Source: Gammaproteobacteria bacterium
GTDB taxonomy: Bacteria; Pseudomonadota; Gammaproteobacteria; Steroidobacterales; Foliamicaceae
NCBI GenBank assembly: GCA_009844425.1
Contig: VYBN01000018.1
Location: 5,092-69,091, forward strand
Length of the DNA stretch: 64,000 bases
Direction: 5' to 3'
The notes under the pieces were generated by a model that did not search any database, had not been told where the DNA came from, and was given only the letters and a program-made list of their open reading frames with translations. Both the position numbers and the translations under genes were made by a program. The number at the start of each line of letters is the position of its first letter. Within the stretch, counting starts at the first letter, position 1. Positions 45,589 through 55,011 of the stretch are shown in pieces.

Positions 45589-46038
45589 TCAGTTCCCGGC
45601 GCGCTGCCGCACGGGATCGACCATCGTGAGGAACGGAAATCTCGCAAAATCGATATCACGAGTACATATACGGCTGATTCCGTTTTCTCTCATGAGCACC
45701 GCCGTATGCATGTCATGCAACAGGTTTCCTTTCAGATCCGGCAGTTCCGCCAGCGTCTGCTCCAGCACCTGCTGATGCCGATTCGTCTCGGCCAGCAGTT
45801 CAAATCCCGGCGCGGCCAGCAGCGAATTGATGAAGGACCACGCACGGGTGGAGTTCCAGGGCGAAGGGAGCACACGCGGATGCGTCGTCACGCGGAGAAA
45901 TTCGTAGCAGATGCTCCAACTCAGGTAGCTTGGCGCCGAGTCGGAGCGCAAGTTTTCGAGATGGCGCCGGCACGGATCATGGAATCCGGAGTCCCGATTG
46001 GCCGCGTAAACCAATATGTTCGTATCTACGACAAGCAA
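45589..46038 (-). CDS. vapC: PIN-domain toxin VapC
   Basis: VVDTNILVYAA N-terminus. 149 aa. Confidence 0.85.
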   Translation of the reverse strand: MLVVDTNILVYAANRDSGFHDPCRRHLENLRSDSAPSYLSWSICYEFLRVTTHPRVLPSPWNSTRAWSFINSLLAAPGFELLAETNRHQQVLEQTLAELPDLKGNLLHDMHTAVLMRENGISRICTRDIDFARFPFLTMVDPVRQRAGN

Positions 46039-46278
46039 TCAGCGGTCGTCCATCGCAGCGTATAGCTCATTGCGGTTCGCCACATCCACGCGAGGTTCGC
46101 CGCCGGACCAGGAGGGAAGCTCCGGCAGCCGCCCGCCTGGTCCCCCCGTTTCCCGAGGCTCATCCAGGACACGCCGCAAACCCGCTTCCACCAGAACGGA
46201 CATGGTCACGCCGCGACGCGCTGCTTCTTCCCGAAGCCGGCTCATGACGCTGTCGGCAATGTTCAATGTGGTCTTCAT
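46039..46278 (-). CDS. vapB: VapB-type antitoxin
   Basis: MKTTLNIADSVMSRLREEAARRGVTMSVLVE. The start is uncertain (46278, 46290, 46296 or 46332). Confidence 0.7.
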   Translation of the reverse strand: MKTTLNIADSVMSRLREEAARRGVTMSVLVEAGLRRVLDEPRETGGPGGRLPELPSWSGGEPRVDVANRNELYAAMDDR

Positions 46279-46389
46279 ATGGAGAACCATATTCATGATA
46301 TGGGAATATGTCAAACTCAATGCACGCTTCAAGCGCCGTCGTGGCCCCGGTCTTCCGCGGCGAGTCGGTGCAGGAGGCTTCCGTCGGAA

Positions 46390-48207
46390 TCAGCGGAGGT
46401 TTTTCTCCAGATACAACATCAGTTCCAGCATACGTTCGAGCAGTTGGGACGGAGAAGCCCCGGGGAAATTCCGCAGCACCAGCTCCTTGACGAACAGTCT
46501 GGCGATGTAACGAACCTGCGACGCTCTGGTCCTGGACGAAAAGACGAAGTCCCGATGGCCGTTGTTGATAACGATTACGTTTTGCTCCAGGTCATAACGG
46601 GAGCGCCAGTCCCGCCCTGGCGCTTTCTCGTAGGTATAGCCGGGCAGACCCTGGCGCGGTGCTGAGCCCCTTTGATCGGGAATGAGCGAGTCGGTAACGG
46701 TGACCAGCGCCTCCGCTTCGCATACGACGTCGCCCTGAGTGGCGGCGACCGTCAGGCGCACCAGCCCCGGCTCGCCAGCCGCCCGGTACTCAACGATTTC
46801 GGCGCCCGGATCGTCGAATTCCCCGCCGCCTTCCGCAACGTTCCAGGCAAACGTCAATCCCTCGTCAACCGGCCGCCGCGAACGGTCCCGGCACACGGCG
46901 CGAAAACTGCGGCTTTGTCCTACCTTGATGACCGACGAAGCAGGGGAGATCGTTACGCTGTAAAGCGGCCCGGCGCGCTCGTAGAAAACGGTCCGCGAAC
47001 TTTCCTTCGCATCGGCATCCTCGACCGGGCCGGCCAGCGGCGCCTGTTCAGGGTTGATGACCGGATCAACGACGTCGGGATCACCGCCACCGGCACCGGC
47101 GCCACCGCCGCGCGGGGGACGGCGCACCTCGAACCAGTCGTACTCTTCTGCGGGCAGCGCCAGCAGCGCCTCGCGGAAAGCACGCTGAATCGATCGCAAG
47201 GTCTGTTGGCTGGCCCGCTCCTCCTCGGCCCGCTGCAATTCCGCGATCAGCGAGTCCAGCCTTTCCGTTACCGGGCCGAGCGCGAGCTGAAATTCGTCGT
47301 ACGCCGCGTCGCGAATGACGCCGGTTCGCGTGCCTGGCGTGAGGCTCACAAATGGCGCATCCACGATGCCGTCCACATAACCGCTGGTCCACGCTGTTTC
47401 CTGAAACTCGCCCAGAGCGCCAAGTTCCGCCACCCGCGTCCCGTTTCGATACAAGGCCGGGCGGCGTGCCGGAGACGGTTCGTCCAGGTACAGCTCCAGC
47501 TTGATCGGCCCCAGCCGCGTGGCGGGGTCATCGAGTTCGTGAATGAGACGGCCATCAAAAGCGCGTGGCCTGACCGTGTACGACTTGCGGGCGGTGCGGT
47601 CGATAATGCGCACGTTAACACCGGTTTCGCGAATCCGGTCGCGAAGCTCGGATGCCAGATACCAATGGAGCTTTTCACCGCTGAACTGCCGGATCCCCTT
47701 CAGCAGGGGCCGCACCAGCACTTCGACGCCGTGCCCGGCGAACAGCGTCCGGCGCGAGCTGCGCACCGCGTAGCCCTCGTCGTTGCGCCGCATCGACATC
47801 TCGTAAACGGTTCCGTCCGCGCCGGGCGAAGTCATGACAAGCGCTTCGCCAAGCGTCCAGAAGCTCAGCAGGCCTATGCCGAATTCGCCCTGTATGCCCT
47901 GCGCGCCGCGCCGCTTCAGCTCCTTCTTGATGGAGTCGCAGATGTGGGTGGCCACGTACTTGAAGTCCGGCCGGCCGCTCTTGTCGTGGGGAAGGCCATC
48001 GCCATCGTCGGTGATCCTGAGATAGGGCTGGCCGCGCTCGCGGCCCCGCACGATTTCAATGTTGCGGGCGCGCGCGTCAATACTGTTCTCCACGAACTCC
48101 GCAACCGCCTTGAGCGGATTGTCCTGCGAAAGCGCGATGATGCTGATCGCGGACCCATGATCGCCGATGCGCAGCCTGCCTCGCCTGTCCGTACGTTTGC
48201 GCGCCAT
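46390..48207 (-). CDS. GHKL (HATPase_c_3, MORC/MutL-like) ATPase with a C-terminal Ig-like domain
   Basis: N box EFVENSIDA, G1 DDGDGL and G2 GEFGIGLLS. There is a Big_2-like segment (SVIKVGQSRSFRAVCRD...LVTVTD). ATG 48207 is preferred over the long track extension. Confidence 0.75.
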   Translation of the reverse strand: MARKRTDRRGRLRIGDHGSAISIIALSQDNPLKAVAEFVENSIDARARNIEIVRGRERGQPYLRITDDGDGLPHDKSGRPDFKYVATHICDSIKKELKRRGAQGIQGEFGIGLLSFWTLGEALVMTSPGADGTVYEMSMRRNDEGYAVRSSRRTLFAGHGVEVLVRPLLKGIRQFSGEKLHWYLASELRDRIRETGVNVRIIDRTARKSYTVRPRAFDGRLIHELDDPATRLGPIKLELYLDEPSPARRPALYRNGTRVAELGALGEFQETAWTSGYVDGIVDAPFVSLTPGTRTGVIRDAAYDEFQLALGPVTERLDSLIAELQRAEEERASQQTLRSIQRAFREALLALPAEEYDWFEVRRPPRGGGAGAGGGDPDVVDPVINPEQAPLAGPVEDADAKESSRTVFYERAGPLYSVTISPASSVIKVGQSRSFRAVCRDRSRRPVDEGLTFAWNVAEGGGEFDDPGAEIVEYRAAGEPGLVRLTVAATQGDVVCEAEALVTVTDSLIPDQRGSAPRQGLPGYTYEKAPGRDWRSRYDLEQNVIVINNGHRDFVFSSRTRASQVRYIARLFVKELVLRNFPGASPSQLLERMLELMLYLEKNLR

Positions 48208-48305
48208 CACGAAACTGTAAACCGAAAAGCGGCGTAACTGGTCATTATCAAGAAGGCTGGTGTTTCGCCCTTGGCGGCCGCTGCCGACCCTATCCCGAAA
48301 CGGCC

Positions 48306-48572
48306 TCAGACATACACATTCCTGCGATGGCCGACGCGCAATATCAGGACAGTCAGTTCTCGTTCGGATATCGAGCAAATCAGCCGATAGTCCCGGATAC
48401 GGTAGCGCCACAACCCGCCGAGAGCCCCGGACAGTGACTTGCCGAACCGCCGGGGATTCTCGGTTGTGGCGATGCGTTTTCGCAGATACGTCAGGATTTC
48501 TCCCGGTATCTGCGGGTTCAGTTTCCTTAGTTCTCTTGCAGCGCGTTCGTCGAATTCAACTTTCCATGTCAC
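48306..48572 (-). CDS. relE: RelE/ParE-family toxin
   Basis: GTG start, (M)TWKVEFDERAARELRKL...WRYRIRDYRLIC...LRVGHRRNVY. It overlaps the antitoxin end. Confidence 0.75.
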   Translation of the reverse strand: MTWKVEFDERAARELRKLNPQIPGEILTYLRKRIATTENPRRFGKSLSGALGGLWRYRIRDYRLICSISERELTVLILRVGHRRNVYV

Positions 48573-48768
48573 GTCCCTGCTCCATGTCTTCCAGTGACCA
48601 TCGTTTCGCGGGATTCTCCAAGCGGTCCAGGGCGAGATACTTGTCTTCCAGTTCGTCAATCTGCCCCATGATCGCCTCTTTGACGTAATAGGTCTTTGTC
48701 CGGCCTGTGCGAGAGGCCAGTTCAGCAATGCGCTCTTCAATGTCTTCCGGCAGGCGGACGGCTAGCAT
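48556..48768 (-). CDS. RHH antitoxin (RelB/ParD-like)
   Basis: MLAVRLPEDIEERIAELASRTGRTKTYYVKEAI. 70 aa. Confidence 0.65.
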   Translation of the reverse strand: MLAVRLPEDIEERIAELASRTGRTKTYYVKEAIMGQIDELEDKYLALDRLENPAKRWSLEDMEQGRDMES

Positions 48769-48839
48769 GATTCACTCACAAGTTTGCACGTATTGCAAGT
48801 CATACGCGTATGACAGCGGTATTGTGAACCCATTCCGGG

Positions 48840-48974
48840 GAAATGTAAAGCGTGCCTGCCTGCTGCCGAAGAACACCTTGAGTTATGCGAGACTCTTCGC
48901 CGGGAGCGTGCGAAGCAGCGCGCGGTTTCAACCGCTGAACTCCTGTCCTGGCGTCACGAAGGGCACAGCTACTG
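48840..48974 (+). pseudogene. 3' remnant of a Phd/YefM antitoxin gene
   Basis: By eye it is 85-90% identical to 45120-45254, but the N-terminal coding part and the start codon are missing. The left boundary is approximate. Confidence 0.6.
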
Positions 48975-49376
48975 ATGACATTTGTGCCCGACGCCTCGAT
49001 CGCGGCGGCCTGGGTGCTTCCCGACGAGGACGCTCCGCTGGCTGATTCGGCGCTGGACCGGCTGGGTGCGGAAACGGCGAAGGTTCCGAACGTGTTCTGG
49101 CACGAACTGAGGAATCTCCTGCTGACGGCGCAGCGGCGGGGCCGGATCGATCAACGTCATGCCGATGCTTCCATCGCGCGGCTGCGGCTGCTACCCATCA
49201 TGTGTCCGGGCGAGACGGACGACCTTCAGGTGATGTCTTTGGCGCGCAGCCATCAACTGACTGCCTACGACGCCAGCTATCTGGCTTTGGCGATTCGCGA
49301 AGGATGTGCGCTGGTCAGCCTGGACAGGCGCTTGACAGGATCGGCGGCGGCCGAAGGCGTTCCTGCCTTTAGTTAG
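48975..49376 (+). CDS. vapC: PIN-domain toxin VapC (intact copy)
   Basis: MTFVPDASIAAAWVLPDE... 133 aa. The last 156 bp are identical to 45350-45505. Confidence 0.85.
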   Translation: MTFVPDASIAAAWVLPDEDAPLADSALDRLGAETAKVPNVFWHELRNLLLTAQRRGRIDQRHADASIARLRLLPIMCPGETDDLQVMSLARSHQLTAYDASYLALAIREGCALVSLDRRLTGSAAAEGVPAFS

Positions 49377-49393
49377 GCCGCAGTGCCGGGCGG

Positions 49394-52300
49394 CTATTTC
49401 GGGGACAGGTTCGTTACGTGGCCGGTCACGCCTTCGAGCAGGTTCATTACGACGATGGGCTGTTCGCAGTCCACAACCAGCCGCCACATGCCGGTCCCGT
49501 TGCCCAACGCGCCCTGCGCGCCTCTGAACCCCGCCTCCAGCTGCTCGGCGGTCACCGTGCGTGACTGTCCGGCTGGAACGGACATCCTAACCACATCTTC
49601 GGCCGATTGCCCCGCATCGTCGATGCCCGCGATCGACACGTGCGCGGGACGGGATCCCGGATTCACGATGCGCAGCCGGCTCCTTTGGTGAATATCGTCC
49701 GCCGGATAGAACGTCGCGACCTCGTAGCGCCTGCCAACCTGGGGCGCCCCGTCGTGAACGGATGTCAGGAACCCGCCCTCCGTGCGGATATAGGCAAGCA
49801 CCTGGATGTCGAGATCGCTCGACAGCTCCAGCCGCCAATCGCCGATCCCCGATCCCGCGCTTCCCGACAGGCCCTTCTCCGCGTTGCCCAGTTCCAGATC
49901 CCGGGAGTCGAAATGCGCTGCATGGCCCGCGCTTAGCGAGAGTTCCAGCGGCGGGTATGCCCACCCCTGGTCGTCGTAGGCCTGAATGCGCGCTACGCCG
50001 TCCGAGTCCGACCGGTTGATGACCCGCACAAAACCCTGCCGCCCCTGGCCGTCAGCAGCCGACAGGACCAGGGGAACAAAATGGACGCCACCGCGCTGAA
50101 CGACCCCGCCGCCCGACAGGTTCGCGAGATGGCCTTCGGGGCTCGATAGCAGATTCATTACATCGAGGCCGGCTTCCGAGCGGACCTCAAGGCGCCACTT
50201 TCCGGTACCGTCGCCCAGCCTTCCGCTCAGTCCGGAGCCGCCGTTTTCGAGTTGTTCCGCCGTGACCGTCACCGCCGCGCCGGCCGGCACCTGGACGCGA
50301 ACCTCGCCCCCGGGCGACTGGCCGAGATCGTCCACGCCGGTAATCACTGCCTCGGTGGCTTCGCTGCCCCTGTTCACGAGCCGCAGCGAACTAACCTGCT
50401 GCATGTCGCTCGCCGGGTTGAAGACAGGCACTCGGTAGGCTGAATCCGACACCGCGACAACGTCTTTCATCGCGTTGATGAACCCGTCCGACGCGCGCAC
50501 AAAGGAAAGAGCGTCCAGATCGCCGCCGCTGTCCAGTTCCAGCCGCCAGTCGCTGGTCCCACGGCCGATGCTTCCGCTCAGACCTTTGTCCGGGTTGCCT
50601 CCTTCAAGGTCCGCGGCATCGAGGTGGACCGTCTTTCCCGCGCCGATCGCCAGCGTTAGCGGCGAGGACCGCGCGCCCGAGTCGTCAATCGCGACGATCC
50701 GCGCCTGGGCGTCCTGCCCGCCGCGATTGATGACCCGCAGGAAACCCTGGCGGACTCCCGAATTGCTCGGGAAAAGCGGCACGAACTTGGTCCCCCGAAC
50801 GGTGACCACGAACGACAGTCTCTCGATCAGCCCGTCGTAACCTCGCGCCGTGACGGTCACATTCGCCTGGCCCGACACGCCCGGATTAATGATCAGGGTA
50901 TCGTCATCGGCCGTGTCCACCGCCGCGACGGATGCGTCATCGATCGCCGCCTCCAGCCAGAAGCCGGTGTCCAGCACCGACTCGAAGTAGCCCGACACCC
51001 GGAAGCGCACCGGCTCTCCCCCCGCCGCGACCTCGATAAGCACGGGCGACAGAGCGACCCTCACGCCTCGCTCCAGCAGAGCGGGGAGGTGCTCGTTGAC
51101 CGACGCTTCGCTCAGCGGATTGCCGCTCACGTTCAGCCAGTCGCCTTCTCCGAAACCGAGGTTCGCTACCAGCGGACCGAGATCGGATATGCGGTTGTCC
51201 CGCAGGTCCAGTCCCGCCAGTTCAGAAAGCCCCGCGAGCGGCGAAAGGTCCGCCACGGCGTTCGACGCGGCATATAACCGCTCCAGCTTAGCGGCTGACT
51301 CCAGACCGGCAAGGTCCGCGATGCGGGCGCCGCGGACGCGAAGCTCGAACAGCAGGTGTATAGGCCATGTGACCAGGGGCGAGTCGACATGCGCGTCATT
51401 GTGTGCAATTGCATCGCCGATCAAGGAACGCAGGGTAGGGTCGGCAATCGGAGTCGGGAGCGCTTCGCTGCCGCTCCGGGTGAACCGCGCATTGACGCCC
51501 GAGGAGCGGAGTTGCGGAACGTGAACCTCCACCGAGATTTCACTCAACGGGTTGCCGTCCAGGTCCACAAAGGCGCTGGAGGCGGCAAGGCCGTCAAAGA
51601 TTGCCCCCTCGACCAACGGACCGATATCCACGATGCGATTCCCGCTGAGACTAAGCCACGTAAGCTTGGCGAGTTCCGACAGCGGATCGACGTCAACAAC
51701 GGCGTTGTTCCAAACACTCAGTCCAGTGAGATTGACAAGGCCAGACAATGGACCGATGTCAACAATGGCGTTGCTCCCGAGGAGCAGCCAAGTGAGATTG
51801 ACAAGGCCAGACAACGGACCGATGTCAACAATGGCGTTTTCTTGAAGATATAGCGTGCGCAACTCCGTCAGCGCTGAAAGCGCCGACACATCCGCAAAGC
51901 CATTGTTCGCGAGATCCAGCCAATTTAGACCGACAAGGCCCGATAGCGGACTTATATCAACGATGGCGTTGTCGTGAAGAACAAGCGTCTTTAGTTCCGT
52001 CAGCGCCGAAAGCGCCGACACATCCACAAAGCCGTTGTTCGCCAGATGCAGCCAAGTAAGACTGACAAGGCCCGATAGTGGACCGATGTCAATAATCGCG
52101 TTGCCGCGAAGATCGAGCGTGCGCAACTCCGTCAGCGCGGAAAGCGCAGACATATCCACAAAGCCGTTGTTCGCGAGATCCAGCGAAGTGAGATCGACAA
52201 GGCCAGACAGCGAACTGATGTCAACAATGGCGTTGCCGCGAAGATCCAGCCCGCGCAGCCCGGTCAGCCCCTCCAGAAAACCAATTTCCGTCAAGCCGGT

Positions 52301-54340
52301 ATCTGACAGGACCAATCTCCACAGATGCGCAAAGGTGGAGATCAGACTCGCGTCGGAAATCCGGTTTCCGGAAAGGTCCAGGTTTCGGAGAGGAAGACCG
52401 GCGAGCGCCGAAATGTCCCGAACGCCAAGTCCGGCAAGCCCAAGACCCTCAAGCCGCTGGAAATAGGGCAATGCAATCACATCCGCGTATGCCGCGTCGG
52501 TGTGGTTGAGGAAAAGTTCCCGAAGCCCGGTCAGTCCCGACAGGGCGCCGATGCCGCTGACCGGGTTGCCCGACAAATGCAGCCGGTAAAGCCCCGATAG
52601 CCCCAACAATGGCGCGAGGTCCGTGATTTCGTTGTTATCCAGGTGAAGACTCGAGAGATCCTGGAGTTCCGACAGCGGCGAGAGATCGCGGATGCGATTG
52701 CCGTCAAGCCGAAGGTGTTCCAGCGCCATTGCCGACTCCAGTCCGCTCAGGTCCTGAATGCCGCGGTAACCGGCGTTGAGATCGGTCATCCCCGCGATCT
52801 CTTCAGCCGTGATGGGACTGCCGGGCGCCTTGCGCAGAGCGGCTTCGACGGCGCGGCGCAACGCCGGATCCCGGATGGAAACACCAGCGCCCGGATCCTG
52901 AACATCGTCGTCCGCGTTGTCCCCGATGCCGTCCAGGTCTGCGTCCGCCCATTCATTCGGGTCGAGCGGAAAAGCGTCATCGATATCATCAAAGCCGTCG
53001 TTGTCGTCGTCCGCATCGGCGTTGTCAGCGATACCGTCGCCATCAACGTCGAACCAGTCGTTCGGGTCTTCCGGCGCCGCGTCGGCAGCGTCAACGAAGC
53101 CGTCTCCGTCCGCATCCGCGCCCGGAACGCGATGCGCAGCTATCTGAAAGCGCAGCGCATTGAGCGTCGCGACCGAGTCGGCGCCGTCCACCTCTTTCGC
53201 GTCCACGCCGCACGGGCCCGCGCCGCAGCCGGCCCGCGGATCCGAAAAAACACCGCCATAAATGTCCGCGCCGTAGGCCATGATGGTTCCCCGCCGCTCG
53301 GTACTGTTTCTCGGGGTCACGTAGTGTCCACGCGACCAACGCCAGGCTCCATAGGCTTCGCCCTGCCTGTACGAGTGGACCAGGCCCATCGCGTGACCCA
53401 GCTCATGCGCGGCCGTCAGTGCAGATACAGAGCCGCTTCCGATCCATGTCTGGGCGTCAGTCCAATGGCTCGTCCGGCTGGCGCCCAGATCCGCGCAAGC
53501 TCCTGCGGTGCAAGGTCCGGCCAAACTGAACTGCATTGACAGGTCCGCGCCGTGGCTGTCCATCAATTCTTCGCGCATCTCCTGTTCCATCCTTCCGTAT
53601 TCACCGAGTTCCACCTCGCTCATGCCGACGATGCGCAGGCGAAGATTCGTTCCGCTATCCTCGAACAAGGCGGAGGACAGCGAGATCATATGCAGCACGC
53701 GGGTATAGGGGTAGCCACCCTCAGCCTCGCGGAAAGCATCCGTATAGAGCGCCAGCACGTCGATGGTCGATTGCCCGGGCGCGGACTCGGAATCCTCCCA
53801 ATCGGTTCCGGCCAGACGCTCGTTGACATCGCCGACACCGTCCCCGTCGCTGTCCGTGAGGATGTCGACGAAATTCATGCGTCCCGCCTCCTCTTCCCCG
53901 GCGTTGCGGGGTACGGGCCAAAGCGCAAGCGTCTCGTGACGGTACCATTGAGAGGCTCCGTCGGAGTGCAGAGCGGACTCTTCCAGTAGATGCATCTGGA
54001 CGACATCCTCAATGTCGGATTTATTCATCGGGACCGTCCATTCGCCGGCAACCGATGGCCCCGGCTGTAGCGGTCCGACACTTGCTCCGTGCGTTCCGTC
54101 CCACCAGCGCGACGAAAGCCGCACCTTACCGCTCCGAATAAGGCGGTGGCTGCGGAAACCGGCCCGGACGGTCAGGACTCCCGCTTCTCCGGATTCGTCC
54201 GCGACCCACTTCGCGCTGCACGGACACTCGAAGACGATGTCGCGGCCAGGGGCCGCCGATGCCGAGGTGCAACAGACCGCCAGCACGGCGCCGGCGAGCA
54301 GGACCAGCGTTCGAGCCCTGAAAAGCGCTGCCGTAGTCAT
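49394..54340 (-). CDS. 1648-aa secreted multidomain protein: metzincin protease, TSP3-like calcium repeats, about 20 LRRs and four C-terminal beta-domains
   Basis: Signal peptide. HELGHAMGLVH plus a Met-turn (TIMAYG). DxDxDGxxDxxD runs. LRR units (LDLRGNAIVDISSLSGL...). The C-terminal half has an A-B-A-B internal duplication. Confidence 0.85.
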   Translation of the reverse strand: MTTAALFRARTLVLLAGAVLAVCCTSASAAPGRDIVFECPCSAKWVADESGEAGVLTVRAGFRSHRLIRSGKVRLSSRWWDGTHGASVGPLQPGPSVAGEWTVPMNKSDIEDVVQMHLLEESALHSDGASQWYRHETLALWPVPRNAGEEEAGRMNFVDILTDSDGDGVGDVNERLAGTDWEDSESAPGQSTIDVLALYTDAFREAEGGYPYTRVLHMISLSSALFEDSGTNLRLRIVGMSEVELGEYGRMEQEMREELMDSHGADLSMQFSLAGPCTAGACADLGASRTSHWTDAQTWIGSGSVSALTAAHELGHAMGLVHSYRQGEAYGAWRWSRGHYVTPRNSTERRGTIMAYGADIYGGVFSDPRAGCGAGPCGVDAKEVDGADSVATLNALRFQIAAHRVPGADADGDGFVDAADAAPEDPNDWFDVDGDGIADNADADDDNDGFDDIDDAFPLDPNEWADADLDGIGDNADDDVQDPGAGVSIRDPALRRAVEAALRKAPGSPITAEEIAGMTDLNAGYRGIQDLSGLESAMALEHLRLDGNRIRDLSPLSELQDLSSLHLDNNEITDLAPLLGLSGLYRLHLSGNPVSGIGALSGLTGLRELFLNHTDAAYADVIALPYFQRLEGLGLAGLGVRDISALAGLPLRNLDLSGNRISDASLISTFAHLWRLVLSDTGLTEIGFLEGLTGLRGLDLRGNAIVDISSLSGLVDLTSLDLANNGFVDMSALSALTELRTLDLRGNAIIDIGPLSGLVSLTWLHLANNGFVDVSALSALTELKTLVLHDNAIVDISPLSGLVGLNWLDLANNGFADVSALSALTELRTLYLQENAIVDIGPLSGLVNLTWLLLGSNAIVDIGPLSGLVNLTGLSVWNNAVVDVDPLSELAKLTWLSLSGNRIVDIGPLVEGAIFDGLAASSAFVDLDGNPLSEISVEVHVPQLRSSGVNARFTRSGSEALPTPIADPTLRSLIGDAIAHNDAHVDSPLVTWPIHLLFELRVRGARIADLAGLESAAKLERLYAASNAVADLSPLAGLSELAGLDLRDNRISDLGPLVANLGFGEGDWLNVSGNPLSEASVNEHLPALLERGVRVALSPVLIEVAAGGEPVRFRVSGYFESVLDTGFWLEAAIDDASVAAVDTADDDTLIINPGVSGQANVTVTARGYDGLIERLSFVVTVRGTKFVPLFPSNSGVRQGFLRVINRGGQDAQARIVAIDDSGARSSPLTLAIGAGKTVHLDAADLEGGNPDKGLSGSIGRGTSDWRLELDSGGDLDALSFVRASDGFINAMKDVVAVSDSAYRVPVFNPASDMQQVSSLRLVNRGSEATEAVITGVDDLGQSPGGEVRVQVPAGAAVTVTAEQLENGGSGLSGRLGDGTGKWRLEVRSEAGLDVMNLLSSPEGHLANLSGGGVVQRGGVHFVPLVLSAADGQGRQGFVRVINRSDSDGVARIQAYDDQGWAYPPLELSLSAGHAAHFDSRDLELGNAEKGLSGSAGSGIGDWRLELSSDLDIQVLAYIRTEGGFLTSVHDGAPQVGRRYEVATFYPADDIHQRSRLRIVNPGSRPAHVSIAGIDDAGQSAEDVVRMSVPAGQSRTVTAEQLEAGFRGAQGALGNGTGMWRLVVDCEQPIVVMNLLEGVTGHVTNLSPK
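51560..52260. repeat. tandem LRR-coding DNA repeats (66-bp units, 132-bp double units)
   Basis: There are near-identical stretches, e.g. TGAGATTGACAAGGCCAGACAAYGGACCGATGTCAACAATGGCGTT twice 66 bp apart (about 51727 and 51793). The boundaries are approximate. Confidence 0.7.
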
Positions 54341-55011
54341 CGAATCGAACCTGCAGGTTCGGCTGGGAGTTCCGGAAGAATGTAATCCGGTTTGCTGAAG
54401 TCCCAGCCCGCAAGCATGCTCGCGGACGGCAGCAGCCAGCCCAAACGGGTGTCGGCGACGAGTTCGTACGGACCCTCAGGGGTATCAATATAGGCCAACA
54501 CGCGCGTCGGTCCGACCGTAACCACGAAACGCCGCTCGCGGCCGTCCGCTCCGGTGGCCCATCCGCGGGCCGAGCGGGAGTGGCCCATTCCTTCGTCAAG
54601 GCGCTCAATGCCGCCTTCGTAAGCTACCCCGAGTTGGGGCAGCCGCATCAAGACCCTGTCGCCCACCCGCCACGCACTCGCCGTTCGGGCTGCGGCGGAC
54701 ACATCCACAAGCGCCCGGCCGTCCTCGGACCAATCCGCCGGGTACGGTGGCTTGAAGGCCGCCACGCGCTCGTCGAGAACGCGCCACAGCGGTACAGAGG
54801 ACGCAGCCGACGGCATCAGCGCGTGGCCAGCCGAGTGCTCGGCCGGCAGCGGAGGAACGAAATCGGGATCGGCGCTATGGCTCGCCGTTACCGGCGCAGG
54901 CGCACCGCGATACGCTGCTCCCCACACCAGCGCTGCGACAATCGCCAAGGCTGCCATCACCGCGCCAACCACTACCCCGAGCCTTACCGCTCTGTCGGAA
55001 TAGTGAATCAT
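54337..55011 (-). CDS. membrane-anchored hypothetical protein, translationally coupled to the giant protein gene
   Basis: 224 aa with an N-terminal TM segment. Its stop overlaps the downstream start (ATGA at 54337-54340). Confidence 0.6.
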   Translation of the reverse strand: MIHYSDRAVRLGVVVGAVMAALAIVAALVWGAAYRGAPAPVTASHSADPDFVPPLPAEHSAGHALMPSAASSVPLWRVLDERVAAFKPPYPADWSEDGRALVDVSAAARTASAWRVGDRVLMRLPQLGVAYEGGIERLDEGMGHSRSARGWATGADGRERRFVVTVGPTRVLAYIDTPEGPYELVADTRLGWLLPSASMLAGWDFSKPDYILPELPAEPAGSIR

